A stretch of 64,000 bases of DNA from Lophium mytilinum. Taxonomy: Eukaryota. Numbering within the stretch: position 1 is the first letter of the stretch; every line of letters starts with the position of its first letter. The translations under genes and the position numbers were made by a program. Shown one piece after another: positions 26,926 to 38,273 of this stretch. The notes under the pieces are model-generated. The model had not been told where the DNA came from. It ran no database searches and was given only the letters and a program-made list of their open reading frames with translations. Location of the stretch: assembly GCA_010093605.1 (NCBI GenBank), contig MU004194.1:254156-318155 (forward strand), in the 5' to 3' direction.

Positions 26926-29281
26926 TCACCGTGAATACGGTTTGTTCATTAGTGCAATTTCGCGGGCGATTGTGGCCCATTCGAGTTCGCGGCGCAGCGG
27001 CTCATTACGCTTTTCACGCTGGAACTCCTCCCATTTTAGGAGTTCATATCTGTGTCGTTGTCAGTATGGTGGATTCACCGGACGGAACCGGCAGAGCTTA
27101 CGTGAATCGGAGATGAGGTTGGATGATGACGTTCAGGCGCCTGGCTCGAACAAAACAGCTACAATCACCATTAGCTAAGATGCTCAATCTTTGTGCAGAC
27201 CACGTAGAGAACCTACTAAGCTCTTGGAAACGACAGACCCAGCTCGTTCATGACCTCTGCAATGCAAATAGTGGCAGATCGAGAAACGCCGACTCGGCAA
27301 TGTACTAGTGTTGCCGTACCGTCGCGCTTACCGCGCTCTGTAGGAAAGGGTAAGTATACAATCAACTTCATTTGATGCTAATGTTAACTCACCAATGAAT
27401 CTTAGGCACCGATCGAATTCGTCCCACAAGGGATCCACGCCGTTATCCTGAACGCGATCGATGAAGAGGAAGTTTTCACTTGGCCAGGCCAGCTTTTTTT
27501 TCATGCCTTCCGGCCATGAGAGAGACTCTCCGACGCTCAAGATCCTGGTGATACCGAGTTCTTTGAGAAGCTCCGGGTTGTTGGCATGACCAAGGTTGCC
27601 CAGGTACATATAGGGTAGAATCCTGCTCGGTAGGCTTCCGTCGATACGAGACAGCCACTGTGGTTCCGACATACGAAGGATGTCCTCTTTAAAGCGTGGC
27701 GACTCTTGAAGAATCCGAGGCTGAATGGCAGTCAAAAGCGCCACGTCGGTCGGATACGCAAAAAAGTTGCGACCTTTCTCCCGGTGGAGCTGTACCCAGG
27801 CGTCGTGGACCGGTAGGCCTTCAGCATACATAAAGTAAGCCAAACCCAGCAATGACGATTCAGTATATCCATCTGTGCAATGAATCAAAACCTTTTGCGG
27901 CCGGGCAATGTCTAGCATCTCAATGTCACCATCATTGCTGCCAGCCTGTTCTTCTGGTTTGTTGACCTCTTGGGGATTTGCAATCTCGTATATCCACTTG
28001 CACACCTCCATTAGGCCATCAACCTCAGCATGCGACCAAGTCGGAGGCATGATGCTGCCAGAGGAAGGGAACTCGATGTGTAACGGAGGGTGCTTAGAGT
28101 CTTGGAGGGCGATTTTAAGATTCTTGAGAGACCGAGGATCAGGTACATGCGCGAGGTCGCTGGCCTCGATGTTTACGTCGATGGCCAGGCCTTGGGATGA
28201 TGAGCATTCGAGAGCCTCGTCGGGTGTGGGCCCAAGGTAGACATTGTTGCTGATCTCGGACGCTTTTGACATCTCGCACATTTCTAATCGTTCCCAGTAG
28301 ACTGCGATATCTAGTCAGAAAGAGATCACTGGAGTTTGCGTCAATGACTTACAGAAGTCCATAACTTTGCCCGTCATGCAACCTTTAGGATCGACCGCGA
28401 CGAGCTCAGGGTACTTTTGTTCGACGAGACGGAAATGGTCTGTCCAAGATGTCAGCTCCAATTGACAGAAAAAGAGCGTCTAATCTGAAATGGATGTCTG
28501 ATAAATTTGACTTACCGCCCAACATGAATGTATTAAAGAGCCCCCGCTGAATGCCATTCTTGGTTTCATATGCTCTCTGAGCCCGCGAGATCTTCTTAGC
28601 CAACTCAATGGTATCCCCAGGGCTCGTTCCGTCGTCTCCATATACAATTATGTCGGAAACAAGGGCCATTTTGCAGGCTTGAATCTGAAAGTTGCGTACA
28701 GAGAAGCCATCCTTGGGGTCCGGCTCAATGAATGCGCCGGCATCTTCCGACATGCATCGCCCCTGGAGCAGCTCATCAGGCGCAATGGCACCCTTCAGCT
28801 TAGAGACGCTAAGATCCCCACCCGTCTTGACGATTGTGATGCCCCGCAGGCATTTAGGCACCTTGCGGACGCTCTTCCGGCGCGACACGAAGAAGGCGAG
28901 CTGGATCTGATTCTCAGCATGCAGACCGTGCAGCCAGGGAAAGACTTGCTCCGGATTCGGTAGCGGTTGCGTCGAGATGTGCTCTAGGGCCTGTGCTAGC
29001 CTCTGTGCACTGATCATCCACACGGGTGGGTCATCAGAGAAGAGGCTGCAATGAGTGCTTGGCGGGTATGTGATGCTGGACGTCTCGATGAGGCCGTCCT
29101 TTGGCGGGCTAGCCGGGGGAGTCTCAAGACCCCTGTATGGTGCTGGGCCGGGCGAGCAAATGGGGATGTGCTTGTTTGGGATGGCGGCAGGGGTGCCTCT
29201 TGAGGACGTATTCAGAGTGAGATGTGGAGGCGGCGTCGAAGAGCGTGGCATGGGCGGCGCCCTGGCTACGGCAGCAGCCAT
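26926..29281 (-). CDS. PPS1: Dual-specificity protein phosphatase Pps1-like
   Basis: QVFPWLHGLH; FSVRNFQIQ; first DSP-like motif LIHCTDGYTESS; LPSRILPYMYLGNL; catalytic VHCRVGVSRSAT; five introns. Confidence 0.9.
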
Positions 29282-31049
29282 CGCGGCAAACGTGGGCGTG
29301 GCTTGAGGTGGTGAGGGGCGGGATGGGGTCTGACGGGAGATCCGCCGGGAGGAGTGGAGAGACGGAACGGAATTTGCGGGAGGAATTGGGCAGTCTTGGA
29401 AGAGTACAGGCGGGGGCTCGTGCGATGTTATCGCAGCATATGAGGGGCAAGCGGGTGGCTGCAGTAGTGATGGCGCAACACGCAGTGTCGCGTCTCCTGG
29501 TGCAAGTGGTGATGTTTTGGCGGAGGCGGCGGACGCGGGGGGCGGTGTTGTTCACACAATGACCAATTACGCTGGAATCGGACAGAGCGTCAGCATGATT
29601 GTGACAAATGGGCGATTGAAGGCGTGCTCTTACACCTAGAGATTCTCGTCGAGGGCACGAAGCGTGAGAGGGGTATTCGGACAGGTGAGCGGAGGCGTGG
29701 AGTGGAGGGGCGATAGCGGGGTACAACAAAGGTACACAATAGATCAAAGCGCGACAGCACACTGGGCAGCAGGCGGCGCAGAGGAGGGAGTTGAGGCGGT
29801 TCGGGATGGCATCTTGTGGGAGGAGGGGATGGAGCAGAGGGCGGAGGGTGATACAGAAGAATGCGTCTGGGTGGTTTTGTGCCCGCGACCAGCCATTCGC
29901 GCGAGAGATGCAGCAGCCAAAGGCCCCCCGGCAAGCACACGGTATCAGCGCCAACATGGGCTGAAGGCTGCGGGCCCGGTTGGCTGAGGCAGACGAATCC
30001 GACCGCGCCCGAAGCCGTATCGAGCGCAGTGTGGGCCGTTTGGCAGATGGGCTGGCTGCCGAGTGGTGTCGCTATTCAAGGCTGCTGCAGCTGCGAGCCC
30101 TAAGAAAGCACCTAAGCAGCGCCCCGGGATGCCGCAAAGTCCACGACGACGGCAGTGTGGCAGCGCTGGCGCCCGGGCAAAGGCCTCGCCGTGGGAGGCA
30201 TCGGGGCTTATCGCAACCCTCCCTGGGCTTCCAGCCACCGCGCCCTGCAGCCCGCGCCGTTCACGCACATCTCAGGGCGGCGAGGTCGAAAACATCTAAT
30301 TCGGGCGGGTTCGCACGCTTAAACACTGCAATGGCACGAATTGGCGGCACAGCGGCACAGACAGATCGCGAGCCATTTCCTGGGAGCGACGTTTGATGCC
30401 CCGCTCGACGGCAGCTATCGACCAAGCGGATACGTCTAACTGCATGTGGAGTGGTATATTACCCCACATTTTGGGCATTCAGTGGGCCAGACGTTTTGAT
30501 CGTCCCTTCGTCGCCTCCGCCACCTTTGACCATCTCCTCACCACCACGAGCCCCGATCTGCTGCGCTTTCCGTGATGCTCTGCGCCTCCGCCCGCTCCAC
30601 ACCTCGTCACTAAACCACAACACTTTCTACACCAGCTTCGAGAATAGAAACAGATGACCCAACGCAAGGGAGGCTGCTGAAACCACTGTGCCCCCCATGT
30701 TTCGCAACAGCCAGGGCACCCTGGAATCTGATATCACTGCTCAATATATGTGTTGACTGTCTTCTGCAATGCTTCCAATCAGATAAAAGACGGCCCACTT
30801 GTGGTTCCCCTCCTACCCCTGCATGACCTTAACATACACCTTGCTTACAGGATGCTATGCATGTGCGCCTCTGGGCGAACTGAGACCTGGAATGTTGTTT
30901 ATAGCGGGAACCTTTGGCGAGTTCGTGCTCGTAGAGACCATGCAAATGCTGCCTTGAGATGCCCTGCGAATCCGTCGCGTGGATCTCGATCTCACCCGGT
31001 GTGGCCATTGCTTGACCCTGCCCCTGCATTGAGCGGGAGTCTTGCGCCC

Positions 31050-33192
31050 CTATTCGGACCCAAACTCCTGGGCCTTGCCCTTCAACTCCGCAGCGAGCCG
31101 CTCTAGATAGAACTTTGCAATCTCAGTCGGCATTCCCTCAAAGGCCTTGGCCATCTTTTCGATCTCCTTCCTCCCGCTTTCATACGCCTGCAGGTCTCGG
31201 TTTCCGTACACGTCCCGCCCGACTGCGTAATACTTCTGCTCTAGGTTCCGGAAGAAGACGTTTACGGCAACACTCATCCCAGCCATTGGTCGCGCGGTAT
31301 GTGACCACATTGGAGGTATGAAGAGAACGTCTCCAGGACAAAGCAAGGCATCCTGGGGATGCGTCAAGGCAATAGACGGATGATCGTGCGTGAAGACGTC
31401 AATGTTTGAGCTTGAGCCTCCTGGTGGAAACTCCAAATGCATAGCATCGCTTGGTGGATATAACCGCAACGTTTTCGTTCCGCGGATTTGGCAGAGGACG
31501 TTAGCTAGGACATCGAAGTGTAGCCAGAGCGTCACAGGTCCGGAGACGCGTAGTGGTGAACTATGCATTGTTTCCCTCACCGGCGACAGGGCTTCTGGTA
31601 ACTGGAAGTCTCCAGCTATGCCTGGAAAGTCTCGCTCTAGTATAGTAGGATGCTTTCCGGGCTGACTGGTTGATACGGACCGCAGATAAGATTTCTCTCC
31701 CTGGCACACTCCTCTTATGAATTCTCCGAACGGTTTCTTTACGTACGTAAAGTTCTTGGTTCGAAACGTCAATCGATCAGCCTCGCATGAGTGTATTATG
31801 ACCGAACGATCGGTACCGACTTTCTGTTCCAAGTACTCTGGGGTCCATTGATGAGTACAAGAGCCCATATCTAAACCTTCTAAAACGCAAGGCCCTAGGC
31901 TTGCTACAATGTCCCGAAATTCGCTCTCGGACGTAATCCGAACTCGCCGGATAGACTCTACTCTTGGCCCGGAGGTCTTGTCTTCGGCTAGTCCATTAGC
32001 ACTTTCAGACGGCAGCGCTGCAGTTATAGGAGGTGAACTGATCTTGTCCCAATCCGAGGTAGTGTTAGTTCGCGCCAGGATCGTTGACTCTGCATTCTCC
32101 GGGGTATTCTTCGCTAGCAGTAGGAAGTAGAGTGACTCGAACAACGCGAGGTCTTCCGGCTTATCAAAGGGCTCCGTGGTGCCCAAACTTCGTCTCTGCT
32201 CGGCAGTCACGTACTGTGCATCGGTCCACAGCTCCCATAGACTTTGCACGTGAACTGATGGCCAGCCAAGATCAGTAAATCGATGTCGCTGATCGATGAG
32301 TGGTGGATTTAGAGACAGAGATTGAAGAGAAGTCTGGCATGAAGTAACGGGGTCGATCGTTGTTTGTGCGAATTGAGTTTCGGATCCGTTAGGCAGAAAT
32401 TGCTTCAAAAGACAGAATCGTGCTGGGAGATAGTAGGTCAGAAGAATGTAGAAGACCGGAAGCTAGATAACATACCATCGTTCAACGAAGCTGCCCACTT
32501 GATTAGCAAATCAGCAGCTTTCGCATCCTTACAACTTATCGAAGCTTCGGCCACGAACAGAATGGCTTGCTTCTCGAGATCAAATTCCCTCTTTAGTGCC
32601 TGTTCCAGGTCCGTAGTGTCTTGGGGGTCACAACCTATGGCTAAGTAATTATCATTGCGTAGTAGAAAGCAATGATCTGGTTCTTGCTCATGAAAAGCCG
32701 TGAAAGCGCCTTGTAAAAGCGGGCTGGAGAGGATGCATTCTTTCTTCTGCTCAATAATATTTGGGTTATCCACATCCACAAAAATTGTGTGGTTACTCAA
32801 TGCAGGATACCTATGCAAGATTCGAAACGGGAGAGGATCACTGCTCCTTGTCAGATTCATTGAGTCATCAAGTGCCTCTCCATGAGGAGTTTGCATAAAT
32901 TTACAATGAGGTGGTTGACGAGGAATCACGAACAGACTCACTATCCACAGCCTAGACTGACAACGACTTTTTCTTTTCCATTGTCTTGCTCGAGAAATTT
33001 GAGGACAGTGACCTCTATTGCTCGCATACGCAGCCAGTAGCCTTTATTGTGGAGTGGATTTTGTCTTTGAAGCTTCGTCACAAAGGGTTCGTAGAAGTCG
33101 GGTTCGTCAGGGGGACAGAGCTCCGCAATGTCATTTTTGCTGTTGTCGTTCGTCTGGCCGGCGCCAGGGCCAATGGATGGCGAGGTAGTCAT
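31050..33192 (-). CDS. Leucine carboxyl methyltransferase (Ppm2/Tyw4-like) fused to a JmjC domain, no Kelch repeats; ~662 aa
   Basis: Exons 33192-32942, 32840-32476, 32422-31050; GYWLRM, VVSLGCGYDPLPF, FVDVD; JmjC HSSPLRVSGPVTLWLHFDV...GDVLFIPPMWSH; YAVGRDVYGNRDL. Confidence 0.8.
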
Positions 33193-33799
33193 GTTGATGG
33201 CTCACAAAATTCCATGTCTGTGAAGCCAGTTACAAATTTGTCCGGGGTTCTTCACAAAGTACAAACAAGCTGGCGACGTGATAGAGACAAATATGGGCGC
33301 CGCAAAATCTCAACAGAATGATCTACCGCTTGCTATAGTCACTGTTTGGAAGAACTTGTTAGTATACGTTTGAACATTTCGGGTGTTTCACGAGATTGGC
33401 ATTGGATAAGTAAGGACATACTTCTCGTTGTTGCATCGAATTCCATTGGTCTTCCACTTAAGACAGTCTTTTGTATTAAGAGTCATATGCACAATGTATA
33501 GTAATTATTTTCAAGTGAGTGAAAAGGAATTTGCATGGTGTTTCGAGGTTCAGGGTTCCCTCGGCTTGCGAATTCAAGGCTGACCGGGATGCCCCACTTG
33601 CTATGGCTGGTACGTGCCCACAGACTCTCCGCCTGGAGCACCGCCCGCTCATTGCCAGCTTGTATTCACAGTTCAACTCTATGTCGCGCCTACAAAAACC
33701 TCGCCCAGAGTGGAGGTGACCCCAAACTTCTCCACCAGCTCACTTTGGCATCTACCCAGCGCGACACTTTGATCCGGACAGCTCAAGATCCGCAACACC

Positions 33800-35303
33800 A
33801 TGGCCACCATGAACTTCGTTACGTTCAACCAGGACCATAGTATGCTGGGAGTCGGTACGTATCTCCGCCTGTTCTACGAGCTGCTGCTAACACTTTTTGT
33901 GTCTTATTTAGGTACCAACAAAGGCTTCCGGCTGTATAATACCGACCCCTTCAGCAAACACTACGAATCGCCGGACGGAGACATCGCAATCGTGGAGCAG
34001 CTCTTCTCGACGTCTCTTGTTGCGCTCATAATGTCGCCTCGGGTTCTGCGAATACAGAACACTAAGGTACCAAATGACAGGTCCTGTAGTGCGACCGGTG
34101 GGCTGACAGCACAGCGTAATTCCACCATTTGCGAACTCACGTTTCCAACCCGCGTGCTCGCCGTAAGACTCAACCGGAAGCGGCTCATAGTGGTCTTGGA
34201 GGACCAGATTTATATTTACGATATCGCCAACATGAGGTTGATTTACACTGCGGATACCTCTCCTAATCCTCAAGGTATGAAGCATCGCTAGCCACGCTTA
34301 GGTCTCTACTGACCCCCATTTCCTAGCAATATGCGCCCTATCGGCCTCCTCAGATTCAAATTACCTCGTCTATCCCCTACCCATGAAATCTGGGCCCTCC
34401 GGATATGCGCCGCCATCGCATGCACCGCCAACAACAAATCATGTCTCGCCAACTAGCGGGGAAGTGTTGATATTCGATGCGACGAAGATGGAGGCAGTAA
34501 ACGTAGTCGAGGCACATAACTCACCGCTATCCTGCATAGCGCTGAACAACGATGGCACGCTGCTGGCCACGGCCTCGGAGAAAGGGACCATCATCCGAGT
34601 CTTCTCGGTACCGGATGCGACAAAGCTGTATCAGTTCCGGAGGGGTTCCATGCCGGCGAAGATCTTCAGCATGTCGTTCAACTCCACTTCAACACTCCTC
34701 TGCGTATCCTCAGCCACGGAAACCGTGCACATATTCCGCCTCGCAGCTCCCGGCGCTGGCCGACGGAACAGCATGTCCTCGCAGATGCGGCCACCTTCAG
34801 CCTCGCGAGACCGCAGCAACAGCCCGAGCAGCGAGGAAATACGGGAGACGTCAACGTACGGTGAAAGTACGGAAGCGTCGATGCCGGATAGGAAGCCGTT
34901 GAACCCTACCTTCGCCAGCATGATCCGGCGGACGTCTCAGAACGTTGGTAAGACGTTCGCAGCTACAGTTGGCGGGTACTTGCCCAGTACTGTGACAGAG
35001 ATGTGGGAGCCGTCCCGCGACTTCGCGTGGGTGAAAATCCCCCGGTCTCAGATTGCACCCACCTCCGGTCCAGTGAAGACGGTAGTTGCTTTGAGCAATA
35101 GCGGACCGCAGATCATGGTGGTGACGAACGAGGGGAACTTCTTCGTTTTCAACATTGATTTGGAGAAGGGCGGCGAAGGCACTTTGGTCAAGCAGTTCTC
35201 GTAAGTCTTAACTTCCGAGTGGCAAGAAAGCCACCGATGCTAACATGAACCAAGGGTGCTCGAGCAGAACGACCAGCTGGGACGCTCTCTGGTGGAAGAG
35301 TAG
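33800..35303 (+). CDS. ATG18: Autophagy-related PROPPIN Atg18 (WD40 propeller)
   Basis: [44 protein letters not shown]3P-binding [25 protein letters not shown]; four introns. Confidence 0.95.
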
Positions 35304-35936
35304 TCTCTTCAAGGTAGTACGGGATTTTTATGGCGTAGTCGTGGGATACGGATACTAACTCCATAATTTTAAGAGGTCAGGTCTCAGTGGAGTGGTCACA
35401 GTCGCATTTAGGGCGTTTGAATATCGTTAAGGATTTCGCATCGTCCGGCGAGACAGCGACATTGGGTATTTTGGGCTACCTTGGTACCTTCGTACTTCAT
35501 CAATTGCATGGCAATCTCAACTTGATAGATACTGCTTTGCAAGGCTGATGCTACATGAGTGCCCACGTCTGTGCTTAAGAGTTACCCTCCTTATGCGACG
35601 CAGCCAGCCCATCCTTTGCTATCAACTCACACCATTCGGATCGGCCATTGGCAGAAAAGGTTGGAGATGTTAGCACTGGCCTTCGGTCTCTCGATCTTGA
35701 CAAGCGTGTGAGTGCAATGAACGTTGGAAGCGGATGCTCGAAAAGAGGAAGAGTGACGCCACCCGTGTTGCCTTGCTCAGCCCCGCGTGGCCCAAGCTCC
35801 ATTCACGATCTTTAAATTGCATCTCTTGTCTCCACTCCCGCATTTACAACACCCTCAACATCAACCTGAACACTCCATCACACCGCTCAATCCAAACCCC
35901 CTACACCGTCAATACCAGCAAGAGAAATCCGCCGCC

Positions 35937-37145
35937 ATGGTCCAGGAGAATACTACGGGCAACCCGCTCGCCGCCGGCTCACTAGCCGTCTTCATGGCCG
36001 CGAGTCTGCCTAAAGGCGCGTCACCGCCTCTAAAGAATCCCTGGGACGCCATCGCGCTCGCCGTGCACGCCGGCATGATAGCTGTAGGCTTCAGGCTGGT
36101 CGGTCTCGGCGAGGATCATCGCATAGGTAACATCCCAAATGCTGTCGAGCTGCGTCACCATGCTGACCGACCTGCAGACGCCGCTTCAGATGCCCAAGAT
36201 CCAGAACCGCTCCCCTCGGAATGGAACGCCACTTCCTCCTATGCCTTCCGATACAGGCATGCACAGTCCTCTATGCAATACCTGGTCAAAGTGAACCGAC
36301 TAGGCAGCAAAGCCGTCGTGCTGGCCATGGCCGTTGGCGCAGACAAGACGACCACGTTCGAGGTGACGGTGAAAGACTACGTGTCCGAGTCGTCGATCCA
36401 ATCCACAGCCTTCCCCTCAGACGCGTCCACGGAAAGCATATCCAATACCCTGCGAGACGTTTTCATATCCGTTGGCCGCCTTGGCGACTTTGGTGCCCTG
36501 CTCAAGATCAGCGTAATCCAAAAGCTAGCGCCAGGATTGAATAAAGAAGGCTACGAAGACAGCACAGAGACTGCGTCTGCCTCAAGCAACAACCAGCGCC
36601 GTTCGCCGCCTCCGCGCCAGCCCCAAGCACCCCAGTACGACCCGCTCCGAGATGACCCTCAGCAACCTCCTCCAGCGCGACCATACCCTTTCAATGACCC
36701 TCTAGCAGTACCTCCGCGTCGCGGTCCACTTCCAGACCCAATGCCTGGCTTCGAGGACGAGTATGAAATCAATCGGCCGGCGCGCGGCTACGGTGTCCCG
36801 GGTGGCCGCTTCCCCAACCTAGGGGATAATGATCTTTACCCACAAGGCCTTGGACCGAATGATCCGCTGCGGCCGCACTTTGGCGGTGGACTGCCACGAC
36901 CGGGAGCTGGCGGCGGCGGAATGCATCCAACGTTTGACGACCCCATGTTTGGTGGGAGGGGCGGTGTTGGGGGCGGATATGACCCCATGGCTCCGCCTGG
37001 AGCGCGGTATGATCCCACCGGCCCTGGAGGTGCGCCTAGAGATGGAAGAGGTGGAATGGGTGGACCAGGATTCCCTGGAGGAGGTGGAATGGGTGGAAGG
37101 CCGCCGAACCCCTTTGGCGGCTATGGGGATGGGGACTTCATCTAA
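35937..37145 (+). CDS. Proteasome inhibitor PI31 (PSMF1/Fub1-like)
   Basis: AIALAVHAGMIAVGFRLVGLGE FP domain; YAFRYRHAQSSM; proline-rich tail GDNDLYP, GMHPTFDDP, PPGARYDP; ends GDFI; intron 36127-36177. Confidence 0.88.
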   Translation: MVQENTTGNPLAAGSLAVFMAASLPKGASPPLKNPWDAIALAVHAGMIAVGFRLVGLGEDHRIGNIPNAVELRHHADRPADAASDAQDPEPLPSEWNATSSYAFRYRHAQSSMQYLVKVNRLGSKAVVLAMAVGADKTTTFEVTVKDYVSESSIQSTAFPSDASTESISNTLRDVFISVGRLGDFGALLKISVIQKLAPGLNKEGYEDSTETASASSNNQRRSPPPRQPQAPQYDPLRDDPQQPPPARPYPFNDPLAVPPRRGPLPDPMPGFEDEYEINRPARGYGVPGGRFPNLGDNDLYPQGLGPNDPLRPHFGGGLPRPGAGGGGMHPTFDDPMFGGRGGVGGGYDPMAPPGARYDPTGPGGAPRDGRGGMGGPGFPGGGGMGGRPPNPFGGYGDGDFI

Positions 37146-37961
37146 GTCAAGATCGTGATAATGGGTTACGAAGTATGATAACGAAGTCATGATGTCAGTC
37201 ATGAGAAACCAAAAGAACTGGTCGTACAGCAGGTACTTGACAGTAAAAAAGTTGCTAGATAAGTTCTCGACAGCGAGGCCTTTATGGCTTGCTATCTATT
37301 GTATAAGGATGGCCTATGTATAAGTTATAATGTACTATAACTGAAGTTGGCCCTCTGCTCTCGAAAATATGCCTGAGTGCCTGGTGTTTTTCTTGTCGTG
37401 CTCAGAACGCCGTCGTTTTAGATAGCCTCATACTACTAAAATGCTGACATTAACTCTGTAACATCTTTAGTAGTGTGCAAAACCAACCGGCAGGAATCTT
37501 TCCCTGCACTTCTGTATTACAAGCACGCTCTGTGATCGTGCCTTGATATTTGTATGTTTCTGTTAGCGGCTACGCTCTGTACACAAGATCGAACGCGGTA
37601 TGCGTATCCAAGAGCGCGGATACTTTAGATCCTCTTAGAAACAGTCTACATAACACCACTAAATGTTTGCTTGGTCCTAAAGAGGCGGTAACACAATGAG
37701 GTCGAAGTCAAAGCTACCGAGGAGTCCTCTCAATCAAGAGCGCCAAGTTTGACAATGAACATCCATTCCTCGCACTCTGACCCCTCGGATCGATCATCAC
37801 CGACTAAACGAAGAAAAGAACAAAGCCAGAAGAGCTCACCTCACCGTGGTGGCCCCAACCCCCAAAACACCAAACACCTGTCCCCAATCACGTGCCATGC
37901 TCAACCCTCACCACCACCTCCCCACCAAACCCCCAAAACCCACCCAAATCGAATATCTAAA

Positions 37962-38273
37962 ATGCTACAATCCATCTTCTCCCTCCCTGAAAGCCTAAAA
38001 AACCCATCCGCCCTCTTTCCGCGCTCCACCCATAGCCCCATCCTCCCCCCAAACCTTCCCATACAAACCACCACCCGACGTCAAACTAAAGCCACGCTAA
38101 CGGCGCGCCTGCGAGCCAAGGTTGCCGCCCAGCCCCAAGGAACCGGCGCCAGAGTGCATGGGCCGCGTGTTGCAAGCGCGGCGCAGACGAGGGAGACGAG
38201 AAGGCGCGAGATGGCGCGCGGCCGGCGGCAGCCTGCGCGGATCTGGCGTCTAGAGGCGCGGCATAGCGGCTAG
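37962..38273 (+). CDS. Small basic hypothetical protein (103 aa)
   Basis: ATG in AAAATG context after a C/A-rich leader; Arg-rich ORF; no recognisable family. Confidence 0.3.
   Translation: MLQSIFSLPESLKNPSALFPRSTHSPILPPNLPIQTTTRRQTKATLTARLRAKVAAQPQGTGARVHGPRVASAAQTRETRRREMARGRRQPARIWRLEARHSG

Noticed and set aside
29300..30700. Many overlapping ORFs upstream of PPS1 (also at 40000-41300 and 42900-43770)
   Set aside because: GC-rich leader or promoter DNA yields spurious ORFs; no protein-like motifs.
35787..35936. In-frame GTG-initiated N-terminal extension of PI31
   Set aside because: It reads like a typical C/A-rich 5' leader; the ATG at 35937 has strong GCCGCCATGG context.
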